Source: Eledone cirrhosa
Lineage: Eukaryota
Assembly: GCA_964016885.1 (NCBI GenBank)
Contig: OZ024755.1
Span: forward strand, 14,446,001-14,510,000
Direction: 5' to 3'
Length of the DNA: 64,000 nt
The notes beneath the pieces were generated by a model. It had not been told where the DNA came from. It worked only from the letters and a program-made list of their open reading frames with translations, and made no database searches. Position 1 is the first letter of the stretch, and each line of letters opens with the position of its first letter. The position numbers were made by a program, and so were the translations under genes. This document shows, in pieces, positions 1 to 12,499 of the stretch.

Positions 1-705
1 TATATATATGTATATAAGTATATATATATGTATATATATATGTATGTATATAAGTATATATATATGTGTATATATATATGTGTATATGTATATAAGTATA
101 TGTGTATATGTATATAAGTATATGTATATAAGTATATATATATGTGTATATGTATATAAGTATATGTATATAAGTATATGTATATAAGTATATGTATATA
201 TATGTATATAAGTATATGTATATATGTATATAAGTATATGTATATATATATATATATATAAGTATATATATATAAGTATATATATATAAGTATATGTATA
301 TATGTATATATATATATATATATATAAGTATATATATATAAGTATATATATATAAGTATATATATATAAGTATATATATATAAGTATATATGTATATAAG
401 TATATATATATAAGTATATATATATAAGTATATATATATAAGTATATATGTATATAAGTATATATGTATATATGTATAAGTATATGTGTATATATATGTA
501 TATATATATATGTATATATGTATATATGTATATATGTATATATGTATAAGTGTATATATATGTATATATATATATATATATAAGTATATATATATAAGTA
601 TATATATATGTATATATGTATGTTTATATACATGTGTGTGTGTTTATGTATGTATATATATATATATCTATATATATATATATACAAACACTTGTGCATG
701 CTTAT
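1..705. repeat. Compound (TA)n-derived microsatellite/minisatellite (TATATAAG / TATATG units)
   Basis: Continuous TA-based tandem units interrupted by AAG and G; it produces the spurious YIYI ORFs. Confidence 0.97.
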
Positions 706-809
706 TTATATATTTATGTTTCTGTATTTATGCGTACAAGGCTACAGGCGCTCTCTTGTATATATATATGTAGTGTTTGTTTGTGTGTGTGTGATGTAAC
801 ATCGTAGCG

Positions 810-1220
810 ATTGTATATGAAGTAGAACTCCCATTTACTAAAGCGAACATTAATATGGTGCCTAAACATCATGTATGTATGGGCGATGTTAAATTTAAAC
901 AACGTTATTTTAATCATACTACAGACATTGTAAAGAGGAATGAAACGATATTATCCAATTATATTTGGAATTTGAATGAAAATGTTATAGATTTCAATAC
1001 CAAGTGGAAGATCCTTGGGCGATACAGACTGTATAGAAATTTGACAAAGAGTTGAGGATTATGTATAGCTGAAGTGAGTCTCGTATTGAAAAGCATTAAC
1101 AATCCCGCAAATTATCTAAATGCAAGATCAGAAATATTTACAAATTGCCACCATTTTGATAAGTTTCTTCTAAAATCCTCTAAGATGTCATCCTCACCCG
1201 CCTCTTTATTTCATAAGTAA
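810..1220 (+). mobile_element. Penelope-like retroelement remnant: C-terminal GIY-YIG endonuclease domain (pseudogenised)
   Basis: One frame reads IVYEVELPFTKANINMVPKHHVCMGDVKFKQRYFNHTTD...ETILSNYIWNL...KWKILGRYRLYRNLTKS*GLCIAEV...YLNARSEIFTNCHHFDKFLL...*. This matches the PLE GIY-YIG pattern IVY..YIG..FKxRYxNH..TxLSxYIW..KW..CxLC..E..LNxRSE..CxH..KF. TGA at 1053-1055 replaces the first Cys of CxLC. Confidence 0.85.
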
Positions 1221-1774
1221 CCGTTTTCTTTTACGTTTCTATATAACTGCAAATCTTTCACTTCTCTCTCTAATACCTCCCCTGCAGATTTACTTGTTAA
1301 TTGATTTGTCTGAACGTATTATAACTTTTATAACATATTTTGTCGTAATATCCTAAAACACGTTTTCTATATATTTTCTATTTTTCTGTTTTCTATTTCT
1401 TCTTATTATTTTGTATTTTCATCTGCATCTTCATATATATTTTAATTCATATTTCTTAAATAACATAATTCTGTAACTACCGAACGGAAATGTCTTATAA
1501 TTACTAATATTCATATGTGAAGAGGTGTATTCCTTATATAATTTCTGAGATGGCATGCATCGCCAGAGCTTATATATTGCGCCTGTTTGTTGCTTGAAGT
1601 TTACCGATTACTGAAGTATGGAACTTGAAGTAACGATAAAATGTTTTATATTTAACGAACTATATCATATTATACACACACACACATACACACACACACA
1701 CACACACATATATACATGAGAAACATAGAGGTCTTGAGAGATCCTCTTCCATATTCGCCGAGGTTCCCAACGGA

Positions 1775-1813
1775 TCCTTTGATAATGGATATGGCATCCG
1801 AAATATATTGGGA
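1775..1813 (+). ncRNA. Minimal type I hammerhead-like motif, U3-A8 core variant (PLE-associated)
   Basis: TCCT | TTGATAA T | GGAT-ATGGC-ATCC | GAAA TATAT T | GGGA: stem I TCCT/GGGA, stem II GGAT/ATCC, palindromic ATATAT stem III, AUU triplet. Confidence 0.45.
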
Positions 1814-1930
1814 AAGTTAAATATTACCAAGGTAACATAAACTCTGCTTTCTGTTTTTCTACATTTCCTCTCTTTCTTTGAGCTCAACCTCACCCGTGTC
1901 ATTCCTCAACCGATTTTGTTACTTCAAGTG

Positions 1931-2190
1931 AAGGCTTGTGACCGAATGGTTAGTTTATTCAACTTACGTACATAGTGTCATGGGTTCGATTCCTGAATTG
2001 GGTTGTGTGTTGTGTTCTTGAGCAAAACACTTCATTTCACGTTGTTCCAGTACACTCAGCTGAACACGGGTGCCGAACATAGCTTGCGGTTTAGCCCTGC
2101 GATGAAATAGCGGAGTACTCTCAATCGCTAACGCCAAGGAAACAAAGAAACCGGTCTATTGAGTGTTCGGAATTGAGACAGACTTTAGAA
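1931..2190 (+). mobile_element. tRNA-derived SINE with CORE-like central segment
   Basis: Head with box A-like GACCGAATGGTTAG and box B GGGTTCGATTCC, then GTGTTGTGTTCTTGAGCAAAACACTT...CCAGTACACTCAGCTG...CCCTGCGATG. Homologous copies lie at ~27800-28045 (-), 43125-43370 (+) and 43520-43700 (-). Confidence 0.75.
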
Positions 2191-2235
2191 TATTTACTAC
2201 ACCACTTGAATTTTAGCGGCTTCCAATACATAATG

Positions 2236-2271
<36 letters not shown>

Positions 2272-2411
2272 ATAGTCTGCGGGGACCGAGAAGACTACTA
2301 ATCGAAGAAGTATCGATACATTGTAAGACGCAGAGTGAGTATATTAGTTACCTCTTCTAGAAGAGGTAAGTACCCGAAACCACCGAGCTCACGGTATATC
2401 CTCTACTTTCT

Positions 2412-2446
<35 letters not shown>

Positions 2447-2775
2447 TTTGTGTGTGTGTGTTTGCATAATTTAATAGAATATACAAATAGTATATTTTAA
2501 TCTGTGTATTTATATGCAAGAATATGTATATTTATATAAGTATATATATATATTTATGTAAGAGTAAATGTATATTTATATGTAAGTATATGTATATTTA
2601 TATATTAGTATATATCTATTTTTATGTGAGTATCTGTGTTTACATATACTTGTTTCCCTCATACCCTATACTTACCCTCTCTCTTCCTCGGTTTCTCTCT
2701 ATATAAATGTTTATTTGTGTGTGTCTGTATGTGTGTGAGAATGCATACGATTATCTGTCTATATTATACACTCAC

Positions 2776-2819
<44 letters not shown>

Positions 2820-3173
2820 AATAATAATAATACATACATACACTCCCCCATATATATACCCACACAGAGTGATAGAGAACGATTGAAAAATAAAGAGATA
2901 GATAGGGGAGAGAAGGATAGAATAAGAAGAGAGAGAAATTGAAAGGGAGAGAAATAAATAAATATGAAGTGAAAAAATGTGAGTGTGTGCGGGAGGCGGA
3001 GGAAGAATATGCGTTATGCCATCAAAAGTGAATGATTGAGAAATGTGTGTGTCTGTTTCAGTATCTATAAAGATAGGCATATACTCGCACACACATGTAC
3101 ACACACACAAACACACATATATATATATTCATTTATGCTTAGTGGTTCACTCATATATATATATATATATATA

Positions 3174-3214
<41 letters not shown>

Positions 3215-3694
3215 GGGTAGATTGGCGGCAACAGACACAATATTAGAAGGAAAATGTAAAAAAAACAATGCATCAAAATAACTCAGTAAAATAGATCGGA
3301 CTGAGTGAGGAGGAGTGAGAAGCGGAGTAGTTGGAAGAGGAAGGGGAGGAGAAGGAAGAGGGGGAAGGTCTGGTGGAAGCTTTGTTGCACGAAGAGTGAA
3401 ACAATCGAAAGAGAGCTGGGTGGGATAATGTCTTACATAAGAAAATCGTATAGTTCTGTTATTTACATATATAATATTAATGTATAGAATTAATGTTGTA
3501 TTATCTAGGAAAATAATTGCTATATTTGAAGTAAACAAGTTTTGATAGATCGCAGACAAATTTCCAAAATTTTACAAAATTTTCAGCAAATCTTTTGTCA
3601 TTGAAATTCATTCTCTGTCATTATCTATCTATAAAGTCCGCGCTTACATGGCTGACTATTTCTTTACGCACACACAGACACACACACACACACA

Positions 3695-3743
<49 letters not shown>

Positions 3744-4329
3744 CAATGTGTTCCAACGTTTATTCCACCGAAAAAATTCCAAGAAACATACGCTTGTTGT
3801 ATATTATGAAACATTGGAACGATCACATGTAACAATAATGCAATACAAATAATTGCGATACACACACACATATATATGTATACACACACACATACATACA
3901 TATCTATACCCCCCCCCCTCTCTTTCTCTCTCTCTCTCTATATATATATGCTCATTTTGGTATGCACCCATTCACACAATTAAATGGACATGAGTAATAA
4001 CATTATACATAATATATTTATACATACAGCAAAATGCAAACTGAACATATATATATACAATAGAAACAATTTCTTTATTATTCAAAACCATCTTCAAAGA
4101 AAGACAACAGTCTAAGACAGACAGTTTTATCATTGGAATTCAAACAACAACAAAACAGTAGAATCACATGAGGAATTATAGAAAAAATATTTGCATATTT
4201 AACTACTGGTTCGTTCGACTGAAACTGCTAAAATTCCCTTTTGTTTCCCGTTTATGAATTGATAGCTTTTGAATGTTAACAAATTGTTAACAAATGATTT
4301 TAAGTACAGAGACTGAAGTAACAATCACA

Positions 4330-4680
4330 ATACAGCAACATATAGTTGTATGTAGTTGTAGTTTTGCAGTGACCGAGCACACTTATGATCAAAGATGTTC
4401 CAACCGTGACCATTCTATTTTCCCTCGTGTATATAGACTGATATTACAAAACATATTGTTTATTTCCCGTGTATGAATTGACGGCTTTGAATGTTAACAA
4501 AAGGAAATAATAATAATATTTGAGGTCTTCTTGATCTGAGTTGATCTGTGTTTGAACAACAACGACAAACACCATCTTGCTATATATACCGTTATAGTAA
4601 CTATGTAATATTGTTGCTGGACTTTAGCTGTGATCAAACAGATCTATAAGGTGCTCTATCCCTGATCATCTATTTATTCT
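4330..4680 (-). repeat. Unclassified interspersed repeat with (AAC)n tail, fragments
   Basis: GACCGAGCACACTTATGATCAAAGATGTTCCAACCGTGACCAT-like sequence recurs at ~4620-4680, 5150-5340, 22805-22990 and on the opposite strand at ~49040-49425. Confidence 0.5.
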
Positions 4681-4814
4681 CTCAGCAAGTCGAGGCTGTT
4701 GATCCCTGTTACTAGTAGTGACTACTCTACAATCCTTGGAACATTCGGTGGCATAAACAAAGATACATTCTTTGAGGAATTAACAGTGTTGCTTCTTTTA
4801 AAAAGAATATTTCA

Positions 4815-4970
4815 GCTTTTTACGTTCAGTTTTTAAATTTCTAAGGTCAACTTTATCTTTCATTCTTTCCGAGGTCTATAAAATAAAGTACCAATAAAGT
4901 ACTGGGGCTGATATAATCAACGTACCCCTTCCCCAAATTTCTAGTCATGGGCCTGAATAGAAACAATTAT
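4815..4970 (+). mobile_element. tRNA-derived SINE (major family), 5'-truncated
   Basis: GGTCAACTTTATCTTTCATTCTTTCCGAGGTCTATAAAATAAAGTACCA...GTACTGGGG central domain plus AGAAACAATTATT tail, as in the other copies. Confidence 0.75.
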
Positions 4971-5149
4971 TTTATTTTAATTTATTGTGAAACAAAAAAG
5001 GCGAAATGAGATTGTGTGATGTTCTTACCCTTCTCAGTATCATTATTTACGTAAGCAGAATGTTGTATTGTGAAAAGTAATGTAAGGTTTGATTCAAGCA
5101 CAATGATAAATGATACGATAGCTGTGAAAACTTAAAGACATGGCAAAGT

Positions 5150-5340
5150 GGTTGTTGTTGTTTAGTGTCAGGTCAGCTCAAATCAAGCAGAGCTAAGATT
5201 AAATTGCTCCAACAACGATTATCCTATTATATTTTCAGGAATCCGTTGTCAAAAGTATCCTTCCTTTCATAAGATGGTCGTGTATGTTTTTCGGAGAATT
5301 TATTGCCTACTTCTTGTAGGTCAAGTCATTACCGAGGATA
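5150..5340 (-). repeat. Unclassified interspersed repeat with (AAC)n tail
   Basis: (GTT)n followed by TTTAGTGTCAGGTCAGCTC...ATCAAGCAGA; homologous to 4330-4680, 22805-22990 and 49040-49425. Confidence 0.5.
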
Positions 5341-5984
5341 GAGACATGTTACATATGTAGGAATCGAATTGACCTCGGCTAGGAAACAATATAAGAAGGC
5401 ATGATGTATTAGAAGATAAAAAACGTAAAAATATATGACTATATATTGTGTATGGTCTAGTGTTTTTGTGTGTACCCTAATGGATTTATGCATGTATGAG
5501 TGTGTAGATTGAAGTGGATCATAACATAGGGAGTGTGTGTGTGTGTGAGAGAGAGTAGATGGAAAGAGAGAGGGACAGGGATGTGACGAATAAGCTTAAA
5601 ATGACATCAGTTGTAATAATTAGGGAGAAATGAAATAAGTGGGATAGGGAGATGTTCAAGTGTGTGTATGTGTGTATGAGTGTGTGTATGTGTTGTGTGT
5701 ATGTATGTGAATGTCTGTTGTGTGTATATATATATGTGTGCTTGTAGGTATATATATGTATGTGTGATGTAGAAACCAAAAGTAGCACTAAGGGATCTCA
5801 AGATGAAAGTTAACCCGCGAAAGATGATAGCAGGGTACATAAAGTAGTGGCAGATTAGAGGTTATAAGTCTGAGAAGAGATAGATAACTTGACTGATATG
5901 GATAAGCAGAAATAGATAGCAAGATAGATATATATATATGCACAAAGTAAACACAGTACAATGAAGAAATATATTAGTTCAACG

Positions 5985-6095
5985 CTGAAATAAAGTGTCT
6001 ACTTTAAGGGCATAACGCATCGCACAGTCCAGGAATCGAACATGCAACTTCACGATTGCATATCCAACTTTCTAACCACTAAGCTACGTGCCTTC
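5985..6095 (-). mobile_element. CORE-like SINE head fragment
   Basis: GAAATAAAGTGTC...CAGTCCAGGAATCGAAC...CTAACCACTAAGCTACGTGCCTTC is the reverse complement of the tRNA-like head seen at 1931. Confidence 0.65.
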
Positions 6096-6614
6096 AAAAC
6101 TGCCTTAAACACCAATTTAATGAGAAATTCATATTAATAAATCTCTCTAAATTTCTTGAAAATCATGGGCAGAAATTTTCTTTAGATATATGGCAAAGAA
6201 AGAGTTAAAGAAATAAAATCGAAGAAAAAAAAATAATATACCATAAATGAGATAAATAAAGACAGTTGGATGAGCTAGGGTGATTTTGAAAGAGATTGAG
6301 AGGAATAAACAGAAATAGCGATAAAGAGATAGGAGAGAGATATAGACAGAGGAGAGAGAGAGAAAATCAGAAATTATAGATTTGAAGTAAAATGACAGTC
6401 AATGGTAAAGTATGTTTAACTCCCCTCCCACTACATTCCTCCTCTTTCCTCTCCTCAAATAGCAGTACATACCACCCATACCACACCACACCCCAACATA
6501 TCCCATCATGGACAAACGACAGATATCGAACGGAAATTAACTAAATTAACTAAATATAATTGGGGGAAATACTTTTCAGAATTTCTTTTTTTGTGTGTAT
6601 GTGTGCGAATAATA

Positions 6615-6833
6615 ATGGTTTCTGATTGAGACACAAGACCAACAATTTTTGGGGAGGGGAAAGTCGATTAAATCGACCACAGTACGTTACTGGTACTTTA
6701 TTTTATCAACCCCGTAAGAACGAAAGGCAAAGCTAATCTCGGCGAAATTTGAACTCAGAACGTGTAGGGCCATAACTGTATGCCGCGAAGCAGATTGTCC
6801 GAAGGTCTAACGACTCTGCCGATTCACCACCCT
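6615..6833 (-). mobile_element. tRNA-derived SINE (major family), full length
   Basis: Reverse complement has GGTGGTGAATCGGCAGAGTCGTTAGA (box A), TTCTGAGTTCAAATTTCGCCGAG (box B), GCCTTTCGTTCTTACGGGGTTGATAAAATAAAGTACCAG (resembles the Meta/MESC-type SINE central domain) and a TTGGTCTTGTG tail. Confidence 0.85.
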
Positions 6834-7614
6834 AATAATAATAATAATGGTAATAATTTCTTTTATTAAGCGCCCAAGATATTGGCAACAATACAAAGAC
6901 GAGTTACAACACAAAGTGAGGTTTACATCGGGTAAAAAAGTTTAAAATTTGGCAGAACCCATTTTAGACACAGCTGAGTTCTTAAATACATACATGTCTA
7001 TCTACATACGTATACACACACACTTATAAGCATATATAAATACACAATCAAACACATCTTTATAAACACAAAAACACACTCACCTATATATATATATATA
7101 TATATACATATATATACACACACACATATAATGTGTGTGTGTGTGTGAAGAGAGTGAGAGAGAGATAGAGCAAATGGGGGGGGGGGGGGGATAGAATAGA
7201 AGCAATATAAGACAAGGAGAAAGAAAGGAAGAGAGTCAACGAGAAAGAAAAAGAGACAGACAGACACTCGGAAACGAGAGATATATATAGAGAGTAATAT
7301 TAAAAGTTGTTGATAATAACAGGTGATAATAAGTGATATCATTTCTATAATAAATGAACAACTTAGGTATGTGAGACGTATAAGATTGAAAAAGGAAATG
7401 ATTTTCATAAATGTTTTTGGCAAACGAAATAGCTGGAAGGTGACTCGTGAAATGTTCGTGGTTAAGGAGCTTTACAGCTGCAGCAGAAAAATTGTCCTTT
7501 ATTAAACTAAGGTAATTCAACTTTGGCAAGTGATAATACTTGTGAAAGGTTAGCAGTCTGGAGAGGACACTTAACCTACAACTGCAGATAAGTCGAAGTC
7601 AACACTCCATATGT

Positions 7615-8048
7615 TTTTCTCTTTTTCTCTCTTTCTCTCGCTATCTCTTTACCTTTCTTACACACTTAACCTCTCTATCACAGTTCACCCTCTCTCTTTC
7701 TCTCTCAACCCTCTCTTTCTTTATCCCCCTCTCTATTTCTCTATCCACACACTCTCTCTCTAACGCCTCTCTCTTTCTCTATCCACACACACACACTCTC
7801 TCTCTCTACCCTCCCTCTTTCTCTATCCACACATTCTCTCTCTACCCATCTCGCTATCTCTAAACCTCTCTTTCACACTCACCCCCTCTCTTTACCTTTC
7901 TTAAACATTCACACTCCCTCTTTCTATCTCCCTTTACATTTCTTGCACAATCATCCTCTTTCTATAGCCCTCTCAATATTTCTCTACATCTCTTACACAC
8001 ACACATACTCTCTCTCCCCCTTTCTCTTACTCCACTCTTTCTCTCTCG
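7615..8048. repeat. CT-rich low-complexity tract
   Basis: Degenerate (CT)n with CTATCCACAC units. Confidence 0.9.
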
Positions 8049-10330
8049 TATAGCAAACAAATCTTTATTTTCATACGTCAGAAAAGTTATGAATCTTTGA
8101 AATATTTTATATTAATAACCCTTCAATAACTTCGGCTATAAATGAATGTATAGAGAAAGTTTTACTGCGAAATATGATTATGATTCAGTCAACATCAATG
8201 GATAATACTTTAAAATGGTTTCTCCTCCAAATTTCATTGTATTTGTAGCAATTTAATAAAATAAAACTCAAGCCAAATTTATTCAATTAATATTTTAATT
8301 TTTATGAATAAAAATTTTCCTGCTTAAAATAAACGTTTTATGCACACAAACAGTGATGTGCAGAAATAGACACATAAATTACCTTTGCAGTCGATTTGCT
8401 TGTAAGGTATCTTTGTGTGTGTGAATATAGAGAAATATTAATAGCTTGCACATTAGGAAAGCATAACTAGACATTAATACACGCATGCTTACGTTCGTAT
8501 AAGGTTACGTGCTCACACACACATCCCCCCCCCACATATATATATAAGAAGATAAGGCAGCCTTCACTTTTCGTTGGTAAAATCAATCTTGTGGAGTGAT
8601 TATGCAACTGTTAATGAAGAAGAAGCTTACCGAATAGATTTTCCTGCGATATAATATTCCAGGTTTTCACCCACGAGTATTTTACAGGTTGATTGGAAAT
8701 ATTAATATCTCTAAACAGTCCTCGTAGATCCATCCATACATACATACTTTTCGCGGATAGACATCCATCCATACTTTTCGCATACATAAATACATCCATA
8801 CATCTATCCATACATACATACTTTTTTCATACATATACAATACATACATAAATACATACATACATACAAACATCAGCACACATATACTTAGTGATATTGA
8901 GATGTGTACAATGGAATAATCGCCAAGATAAAGAACATGACAGTTTCAAAACGAGAGCAGATATAACACTTGACTGAATCCTCCCCCACTACAAAAAGCT
9001 GCTCATGTGATGACATTTGAAAGATGTAACTAACTCACTGTTATTTTGCAGATGTGGATTAGACAGGCGGGCGAGAATGATACGATGTAGCAGTATAGTG
9101 GTGGTGGTAGTGGTGGTAGTTATATTAGTGGTGATGGTGGTAGTCCTGGTGGTTATAGTTGTGGTCGTGGTAGTTGTATTAGTGGTGGTTGTCGTCGTCG
9201 TCGTAATTATATTAGTAATAGTGGTAGTGGTTGTGAGTCAAATGTTTTTTCTTTTATTTTTCGTTTTCTATTAATAATTAGAGATGGTTTGGGCTGGAGT
9301 TTCAAATTTTGTTACTCCCAGGAAATTAAACATCTCTGGAATGCTTAAAGATTCATAGAAAGTGAATTATTTCATTCTTTTGAAAATATAAATCTTGATT
9401 AATTGATATTCAGTTTTAAGGCTAGGCCAGTCTAAAAAGGAAGAACCATATTTAAGAAGTCTCCCCAGCATCAGATATAAAGGAGAATTGTAGTTTTATT
9501 TAAGAATTAAGATTTTATTTTCAAATCGAAAATGGAGAAGGAAAAAAAAATTAACCCGGCAAATTTCTTCCCATTCAAAAATTAGTTAACTCTGACATCA
9601 ATTATCCTAGCTCAGGTATGTTCAGATTTCGATTCATATATAATTAGAATTTGACACACACACATATGATTATACTGTTACTTACACGTATATTCACGCA
9701 CACATACGTACACACACATATATGATTATGTTACGCACATACCCACATACACGCAGACATATAAAACGTGCACCAATAATGGTTTCTGATTTAGACACAA
9801 GGCCAACAGAAATTACAATAGTCAGATAGTGTCAATAATGGAAAGACCAATAGAATTGGCAGTTTTCTGCTCCGATTTGACCATCAACTATGTTTCTATT
9901 ACTCTTTCCATTACTGATACTATTTGCCGGTCACAACTCCTGGAAGAAAAAGCTTCATCAGGTTTCTTGTGACAGGAGGCAGAATTTCAACTCAGAACGC
10001 ACAGAGCGAAAAAACAGATACTCATCCGTCTATTTAACAATTCCGCCAATCTACCACTCCTTGACTTGTACTTTTTTGCTTTATCGACCCCAAAAAGGGA
10101 ACCGGAACGAATCGGGATATATTTACACCGACGATTTAACGTTCAGTAAATTCCCGTTCTATAAAATAAAACAAAAAAACAAAACAAAAACCATAGATCA
10201 ATCAATACATCTTGAATATACTCGGCAATGCAACCCCGAATCTCATCTACATCAAACCAAATCGTCTCCGAAATAAATGAAAAGAATATACAAGTTTAAA
10301 CGAATCAATATAGATCAAAACAAAACTTAC

Positions 10331-10654
10331 CACTTAAATACACATGAACTATTCACTGTTGAGAGATCTATCAGTTGTTCAAACTGCTTCCGCTTTCCAT
10401 TATACCCTCTTCAAGAAAACATTCTCCATCTCTTGATCACACAGCAATTCCTTGTTGTTCAACATCTTCCGCCATATTGAGTTTCAGTTTCCTCTTCGAA
10501 CAGAAATAAGTTAAAAAAATAAAATTCTTCCATGACTAATGGTGGAGAGATGTTTCCAAAGCTTTCTTCAGAAATCTTGGAAATTTGTCGAAAATCCTCG
10601 TAACTTGTTTGAATTTTGGTAAGTTTCGTTGGAACGTTGGTAAATTTCGGCAAT
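10331..10654 (-). other. Probable non-coding exon (5' UTR or lncRNA), 324 nt
   Basis: On the - strand: strong acceptor TTTATTTTCTCTTCTTTCAG| at 10655/10654 and consensus donor TG|GTAAGT at 10331/10330. The sequence between is unique and non-repetitive, and all three frames contain stops. Confidence 0.5.
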
Positions 10655-11884
10655 CTGAAAGAAGAGAAAATAAATAGAAACTAAGTTTTATAGTAGTATA
10701 ATATTTAAGAATATTTATACATTAGTAGTTATCAAGTAATGCATTTAGCTAATCAATAGTTATTTTAAAATGAAAATGTTATTTAATAACCATTGGATTT
10801 ATGATAGAAATTGTTCTTGTCCCACAACACCATTACTATCCTTAGATAATCATCATCATCGCCAACATCACCATTGTCGTCGTCATCATCATCGCCAACA
10901 TCACCATCGTCGTCGTCATCATCATCATCATCTTCATCATTATCAACGTCAATATCATCATCGTTTCCCAATTGTAGCTTTCATAATCAGTTGGAGTCCC
11001 GTGGTTGGGTGATTAGCCCTGGGCATCTGTGAGATTTGAAATCATCCCTCGACGAAGTTTGAAGTCAAAACGCAAAGTGGGTGAAAAAAATACCACAAGG
11101 CATCTCGTTTAATATTTCGTGGATAAACCCCATTGTTCAAATATTAAAGTAAAAGTAAATGGAGTATGATGGTAATGGTGAATCATGAAATATACGATAA
11201 AACTGTAAACCTTTGTTTTCTAAAGTCTTAATCTACTTCCATTTCCATTCCTCTATTTCTAACATGTATTGTAATGGCTTTTCTGAAACAATTTTAACAT
11301 ATCTCCCAATGATCCATATAAACTATTCTACTCTGTTCTGTTTATTACATTTTTGTGTGTTTCTAATATTTTAATATATCTTATTTAGTGATAATTATAA
11401 TACGTTATTAATATGATTCATTATTCATAGTGATAGAATATCAAAGCAGTGGCGAGTGAAATTTACTGTAATACAGTAATACTGCATCATTGCGGTATTT
11501 TAGAGACGCCATTTTACTTTTTATCTTCAAATACCATTGAGACTGACTTTACATCTGAGCACTCTGTGGGATGATCGGTCGATAAAGTAAATACCAGCCG
11601 ATCAATTCGACACTATACGATCTCAAAAAATATATGACATTGTCTATATGTTAAAAACTGGTATTGCACAAGCCCTTTGTTGATAGTTCTGTACTTGTAT
11701 ATAAAATAAAGATAGCGTATTGAGTACCTTTCTTAACTGCGGTCAGCTACCGATACCCATCGGAAATCCACATAATTATATATATATATATATATATAAA
11801 ATATTAAACAAAATATTAAACAAAATTGGATTGGACACTACCGCAAACTCTTGGTAGATTTATCTACATATATATATATATATA

Positions 11885-12035
11885 AAGTTTCCCGTCTACC
11901 AAATTCACCCAGATTCACAGTGTTATCAGTCAACTAGAGGATATTGAATAATATACATGCCCATTTGCTAAAGATGTCGTGCAGTGTGGTCGAACTCGGA
12001 ACTGTGAAACGATTATCGTAACACCACAACAATAC
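11885..12035 (-). mobile_element. tRNA-derived SINE (third family, ...GGTAGACGGAAAC tail)
   Basis: GTTTCCCGTCTACCAAATTCAC...GCAGTGTGGTCGAAC...TAACACCACA is the reverse of the family seen at 44122-44240 (+). Other copies lie at ~19550-19650, 28860-28990, 49620-49765 and 53680-53840 (-). Confidence 0.65.
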
Positions 12036-12467
12036 CACCGTTCTACCGTTCTATCTAATATACAACGTATCACACAATATTTGGCACTGTGCCAGTATTT
12101 GTGAAATGGTTATGAAGAAAGCAGTCATTACCACCCCAAACATCATAGTCATCGTCACTGTTGGCAGAAACGATGCAACATCAGCTTAAATGTCATGTAT
12201 TACTTACTATCCGTCTTCTACGATTTTGATTGGCTGTCAAATTTAATACTTCACTATATGTAGACAATTTGTTTCTTTTTCTCCTGTTTTTAAGTATATA
12301 TATTTTTTTCCTATCAGCATCAGGTGTACACATTACTAAATTATACACCATTTTTCTGTCGAGAACAATATTACTGTAAACTACATTACTTAATGTGATA
12401 TGTTTGATCTGTCTATCAGTCTATTTAATCTATCTATCTATCTAATCTCTTTTTTTCTCTTTCGTTG

Positions 12468-12499
<32 letters not shown>

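Noticed and set aside
9027-9090. Plus-strand exon after a CTAAC...TTATTTTGCAG acceptor
   Set aside because: No clear donor and the sequence runs into a trinucleotide repeat; insufficient support.
9017-9274. Val-rich hydrophobic ORF (similarly 28546-28776 and 56966-57253)
   Set aside because: (GGT/AGT/GAT)n repeats mimicking transmembrane segments.
10770-11012. His-rich / Asp-rich ORFs
   Set aside because: (CAT/CGT)n trinucleotide repeat; no splice or homology support.
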